Assembly (NCBI GenBank): GCA_048884965.1
Contig: JBHLQH010000003.1
Coordinates: forward strand, 99,304 to 163,303
DNA from: Candidatus Thorarchaeota archaeon
GTDB taxonomy: Archaea; Asgardarchaeota; Thorarchaeia; Thorarchaeales; Thorarchaeaceae
DNA length: 64,000 nt
Reading direction: 5' to 3'
Shown here: one piece after another, positions 60,757-64,000 of the stretch
How positions within the stretch are numbered: the first letter of the stretch is position 1
Layout: each line of letters begins with the position of its first letter
Translations under genes and position numbers: made by a program
The notes under the pieces: generated by a model
Told to the model about the DNA's origin: nothing
The model's database searches: none
Seen by the model: only the letters and a program-made list of their open reading frames with translations

Positions 60757-61599
60757 ATGGTGCTGGTCGAATTCTCTGATTTCAGTTTCAAGTATCTGGG
60801 AGCTGAGTCACTAGCACTTAGAAAGATCAATCTGTCCATCGAATCCGGAGAATACATCGTTGTTACAGGTCCTTCCGGATGTGGGAAGACCACCTTATGT
60901 CGAGCGATTAATGGCTTAGTGCCTCAATTTCATCGAGGGTACATCGCAGGGCATGTCTATGTTCAGGGAAAAGATACACGTGATTGCAGAGTCGCTGACC
61001 TCGCACCTATTGCGGGACTCATGTTTCAGAATCCTGCGAATCAGCTTGTCACATTAAATGTCGCAAAGGAAATCGCATTTGGTCCAGAGAATCTTGGCGT
61101 TGAGCCATCAAAGATTCGTGAACGAGTTGAAGAGCTGATTGAAACCTTGAATCTTGGCCATCTGCGAGATAAACATCCCCATGAGATGTCAGGTGGACAA
61201 CAACAGATGGTCGCCATGGCTGCGACCCTAGCTCTTGAACCAAAGATTTTGGTTGCAGATGAGCCTACTTCCAATCTTGATCCGAAAAGCGCAGAGGTCT
61301 TGCTATCCATCCTGTCAGATTTGAATCAAAAAGGCATGACGATATTCCTAGTTGAGCATAGGCTAGACCTGGTATCCCGAGATGCATCTAGAATCATCCT
61401 CATGAACAATGGCAGCGTTGTCGCTGATGGGCTTCCTCGAGAAATCCTTTCGTCACCTCTATGTGAGGAAATTGGTATTGGAATTCCAAAAGCCACGGAA
61501 GTATACAAACGCTTGAGCAGGAAGGGTATTACTCTTGGTCAAGTGCCTCTTACTGGAGAGGAACTGGCACAACTAGTTGAGGAAGTGAAAGGCACATGA
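60757..61599 (+). CDS. ecfA1: ECF transporter ATPase A1
   Basis: GPSGCGKT, FQNP..Q, MSGGQQQ, DEPTSNLD. Confidence 0.9.
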   Translation: MVLVEFSDFSFKYLGAESLALRKINLSIESGEYIVVTGPSGCGKTTLCRAINGLVPQFHRGYIAGHVYVQGKDTRDCRVADLAPIAGLMFQNPANQLVTLNVAKEIAFGPENLGVEPSKIRERVEELIETLNLGHLRDKHPHEMSGGQQQMVAMAATLALEPKILVADEPTSNLDPKSAEVLLSILSDLNQKGMTIFLVEHRLDLVSRDASRIILMNNGSVVADGLPREILSSPLCEEIGIGIPKATEVYKRLSRKGITLGQVPLTGEELAQLVEEVKGT

Positions 61600-62420
61600 T
61601 TTTGATTGATGGCGTCCATTTCGCATATGATGGCATCTATACTGCCTTACAAGACGTGTCCCTGCAGATAGACTCTGGAGAACGTGTCGCCATTATGGGA
61701 GCTAATGGAGCTGGAAAGACCACTCTTGTGAAGCACATGAACGGTCTCCTTAGACCTCAAAAGGGAAATGTCTTCATCAATGGTCGTGATGCTAGCAAGA
61801 TGTCCGTAGCAGAGATTGCACGCATAGTTGGTCTCGTCTGGCAGAATCCCGATCATCAGCTTTTCCTCGATACAGTTGAGAAGGAAATCACATTTGGGCT
61901 CCGTAACATTGGATACAGTAATGAAGAGGCCATGGAACGTTGTTTGAGAACTCTTTCTGTTCTTGGGCTTGAGGAACTAGTTGAAAGATCACCTTTCTCC
62001 CTTTCAGGAGGTGAGAGGAAACGTGTTGCATTGGCATCTGTGCTTGCGATTGAGCCAAAGGTCTTGGCTTTAGATGAACCTACAATTGGTCAGGACGCTC
62101 GACAAAAGGAAAACTTGTCAACAATGCTCATGGATATGAATGCAAGTGGTTGTGTTGTAATCTGTGTCACTCACGATATCGAATTCGTGATAGAACACTT
62201 CCCACGTACTATCGCCATGGCGAATGGAGAAATCATAGCAGATGGACCAACTGAGTCAGTGCTTACAAATGATCAAGTAATCGAAACATGCTCACTGACT
62301 CCTCCCGAACTAACTCAAGCATCACGTGCATTGAATTCGCGATTCTCTACCATCTCACCGCGCCTCACACGTTTGCAAGAGCTTGAGGACGCAATAGCAT
62401 CTCTCATAGGAGGGAACTGA
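61596..62420 (+). CDS. ecfA2: ECF transporter ATPase A2
   Basis: GANGAGKT, QNPDHQLF, PFSLSGGERKR, DEPTIGQD. Confidence 0.9.
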   Translation: MILIDGVHFAYDGIYTALQDVSLQIDSGERVAIMGANGAGKTTLVKHMNGLLRPQKGNVFINGRDASKMSVAEIARIVGLVWQNPDHQLFLDTVEKEITFGLRNIGYSNEEAMERCLRTLSVLGLEELVERSPFSLSGGERKRVALASVLAIEPKVLALDEPTIGQDARQKENLSTMLMDMNASGCVVICVTHDIEFVIEHFPRTIAMANGEIIADGPTESVLTNDQVIETCSLTPPELTQASRALNSRFSTISPRLTRLQELEDAIASLIGGN

Positions 62421-63191
62421 ATGTCGTTCCTAGAAGTATTCCAGTATACTCGGCAGGAATCTATCATTCACAAACTGGACCCTCGCGCAAAGCTAGTTCT
62501 CTCGATTTGCCTAGCTGGCGTTTCACTTATGTTCAATGATATCATTCCCATGTTGCTTCTGATTTGCTTTCTAGTACCACTCATTGCCGCAGCAAAATCA
62601 TTGAAGAGATGGGCAAAGAGCATGAAGGGATTGCTTCCCCTCCTTTTGTTCATCATCATATTCAACACCCTACTTTCAACGGTTGAGCATCCGTTTTCAC
62701 ACTCATTAGGACTATCATTTCGTCTTGTTGCATTGATGAGTTCATTTTCGTTGTTCTTCCTAACAGTTCATCCAGATGAGCTATCCCAAGCATTGATTCA
62801 GATGCGAGTGAGATTCGAATTCGCCTTCGCGATGAGCATGGCCATGCGATACGTTCCAACCTTAGGTCAGGAAGCATATGCCATTATGGATGCACAACGA
62901 GCTAGAGGTGTGGAATTGGACAAGGGGAATATACTAACTAGAATACGCAATATTGTTCCAATAATCGTGCCTTTGATCATCGTTTCAATTCGACGTGCAC
63001 TTTCCATAGCCGAGAGCATGGAATCCCGAGGATTTGGAGCCTCAGAGAAACGTACCTACATGGATACCCTCACTTTCCGAAAACGGGATTGGGCAACGGT
63101 CTTCCTTTCACTCAGCGTACTGACACTCCTAATCTATTTCAGGTTCTTCCTCACCATTCCAGAGTGGCTGCTTTGGGGACTTCCTTTCTGA
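62421..63191 (+). CDS. ecfT: ECF transporter T component
   Basis: HKLDPRAKL, AQRARG, MESRGF. Confidence 0.92.
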   Translation: MSFLEVFQYTRQESIIHKLDPRAKLVLSICLAGVSLMFNDIIPMLLLICFLVPLIAAAKSLKRWAKSMKGLLPLLLFIIIFNTLLSTVEHPFSHSLGLSFRLVALMSSFSLFFLTVHPDELSQALIQMRVRFEFAFAMSMAMRYVPTLGQEAYAIMDAQRARGVELDKGNILTRIRNIVPIIVPLIIVSIRRALSIAESMESRGFGASEKRTYMDTLTFRKRDWATVFLSLSVLTLLIYFRFFLTIPEWLLWGLPF

Positions 63192-63323
63192 TTTAGCAAT
63201 TCTTCCTAGTGTTCCTTTATCTAATGATATCACTCAATCAACCGTCAAATCCCCTGAAGAGATAAGATGTGATCAGCATCTTAACTGGTGATTGGGGGTC
63301 TATCTTGATACAATTTATCTGCA

Positions 63324-63926
63324 ATGGTAGCAATAGAATACAGAGTGGGTGATGTTGAGGTGAGCTTCCAAAAGAGGAAGAAGTATACGGTTAAGGATGT
63401 AGTAAATGATCTCAAGAAAATGGATGCTACTCCAAGTATAGCCTATGATATTGGCAATCAGCTGGTATACTATCAGTGGACATGTTGCGGACAGACACTT
63501 GGGAATGATCATCCCATTACTGTTCACTTTAAGGAATTCCTTGATTTCCTCCAAGACGAATATGAGAAGATGTTGGTTAGAGGGGATTTCTGGCGAACGA
63601 ATGACACTCCAAATGCTGCATTCAACCAGTTTCTAAAGGAGAAACCTGAAGAGTTCCTCGATTTCGAATTTGAGAGGTCTCCTGAGTACATATACGATCT
63701 TTTAATTCGAGCATCAAAGGGAAAAGAATCTGAGATCAAGAAGTACAAGATTGTCAAGAAGAATGTCAAAAAGCTAATCAAAGACAATCCTGAGGATGCA
63801 GATCTATGGAATGAATTGCGCCTTGTTCACTGGATTCTTGGTGAGTATAAGGAGTCGAGTACTGCATTCAAGACCGCGAGGGACCACGGTTGGACCGGGG
63901 CCATCTCCAGTGTAGTAGGTTTGTAG
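63324..63926 (+). CDS. Hypothetical protein with C-terminal TPR-like repeat
   Basis: NPEDADLWNEL......LGEY.E...AF..A. Confidence 0.65.
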   Translation: MVAIEYRVGDVEVSFQKRKKYTVKDVVNDLKKMDATPSIAYDIGNQLVYYQWTCCGQTLGNDHPITVHFKEFLDFLQDEYEKMLVRGDFWRTNDTPNAAFNQFLKEKPEEFLDFEFERSPEYIYDLLIRASKGKESEIKKYKIVKKNVKKLIKDNPEDADLWNELRLVHWILGEYKESSTAFKTARDHGWTGAISSVVGL

Positions 63927-64000
63927 CAATTCAGCGTACTAGGATAACATATCCTACCATTTAGATTGGACTGGTAGTATACAGAAACACCTGAAACTCC

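Noticed and set aside
63251-63299. Hairpin taagatg-tgatcag-catctta flanked by tga motifs, SECIS- or K-turn-like
   Set aside because: The helix next to the putative GA core pairs poorly and no neighbouring gene has an in-frame TGA.
521-63787. Numerous short ORFs antisense or out of frame within long genes (e.g. 1021-1305, 4115-4630, 21932-22408, 44742-45308)
   Set aside because: Shadow ORFs of well-supported genes, without motifs or RBS support.
1-64000. tRNA, rRNA, CRISPR array, transposase, integrase, reverse transcriptase/DGR
   Set aside because: None recognised by eye; a tRNAscan/Infernal run is needed to exclude intron-containing tRNAs.

Overview
A gene-dense archaeal chromosome segment, most consistent with an Asgard archaeon (Thorarchaeia-like). 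The placement is inferred from the archaeal proteasome/exosome superoperon, many GTG/TTG starts, expanded Hdr genes with no mcr in the window, and repeated WGVxxGD surface proteins. The left 29 kb is a heterodisulfide-reductase-rich region with three HdrC/HdrB pairs and two internally duplicated HdrA proteins (one fused to MvhD), interleaved with surface proteins. Next come a divergent PerR/catalase pair, an MFS transporter, a membrane-tailed SF2 helicase, a group 3b [NiFe]-hydrogenase operon, an ABC exporter, an AOR-family oxidoreductase and a Zn/Mn ABC importer. The window ends with psmA-sdo1-rrp4-rrp41-rrp42-rpl37ae-brix-pcc1-pfdB-DUF3194-DHH-ecfAAT. The most notable unannotated signals are: (1) a second, diverged copy of the hdrB 3' end 4205 bp downstream, bracketing a small island; (2) at 17.5-18.2 kb, a putative four-way-junction RNA with an exposed anti-SD-like loop, an antisense 41-aa ORF, and a 58-aa basic four-Cys microprotein with a structured leader and terminator; (3) a membrane-spanning wHTH regulator between a beta-helix surface protein and an acidic surface protein resembling eukaryotic supersandwich domains; (4) asymmetric degeneration of the second FAD site in both tandem HdrAs; (5) long acidic tails on Rrp4, Rrp41 and eL43. 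I recognised no tRNA, rRNA, CRISPR array, transposase or integrase. All family calls are by motif recognition, not database search.
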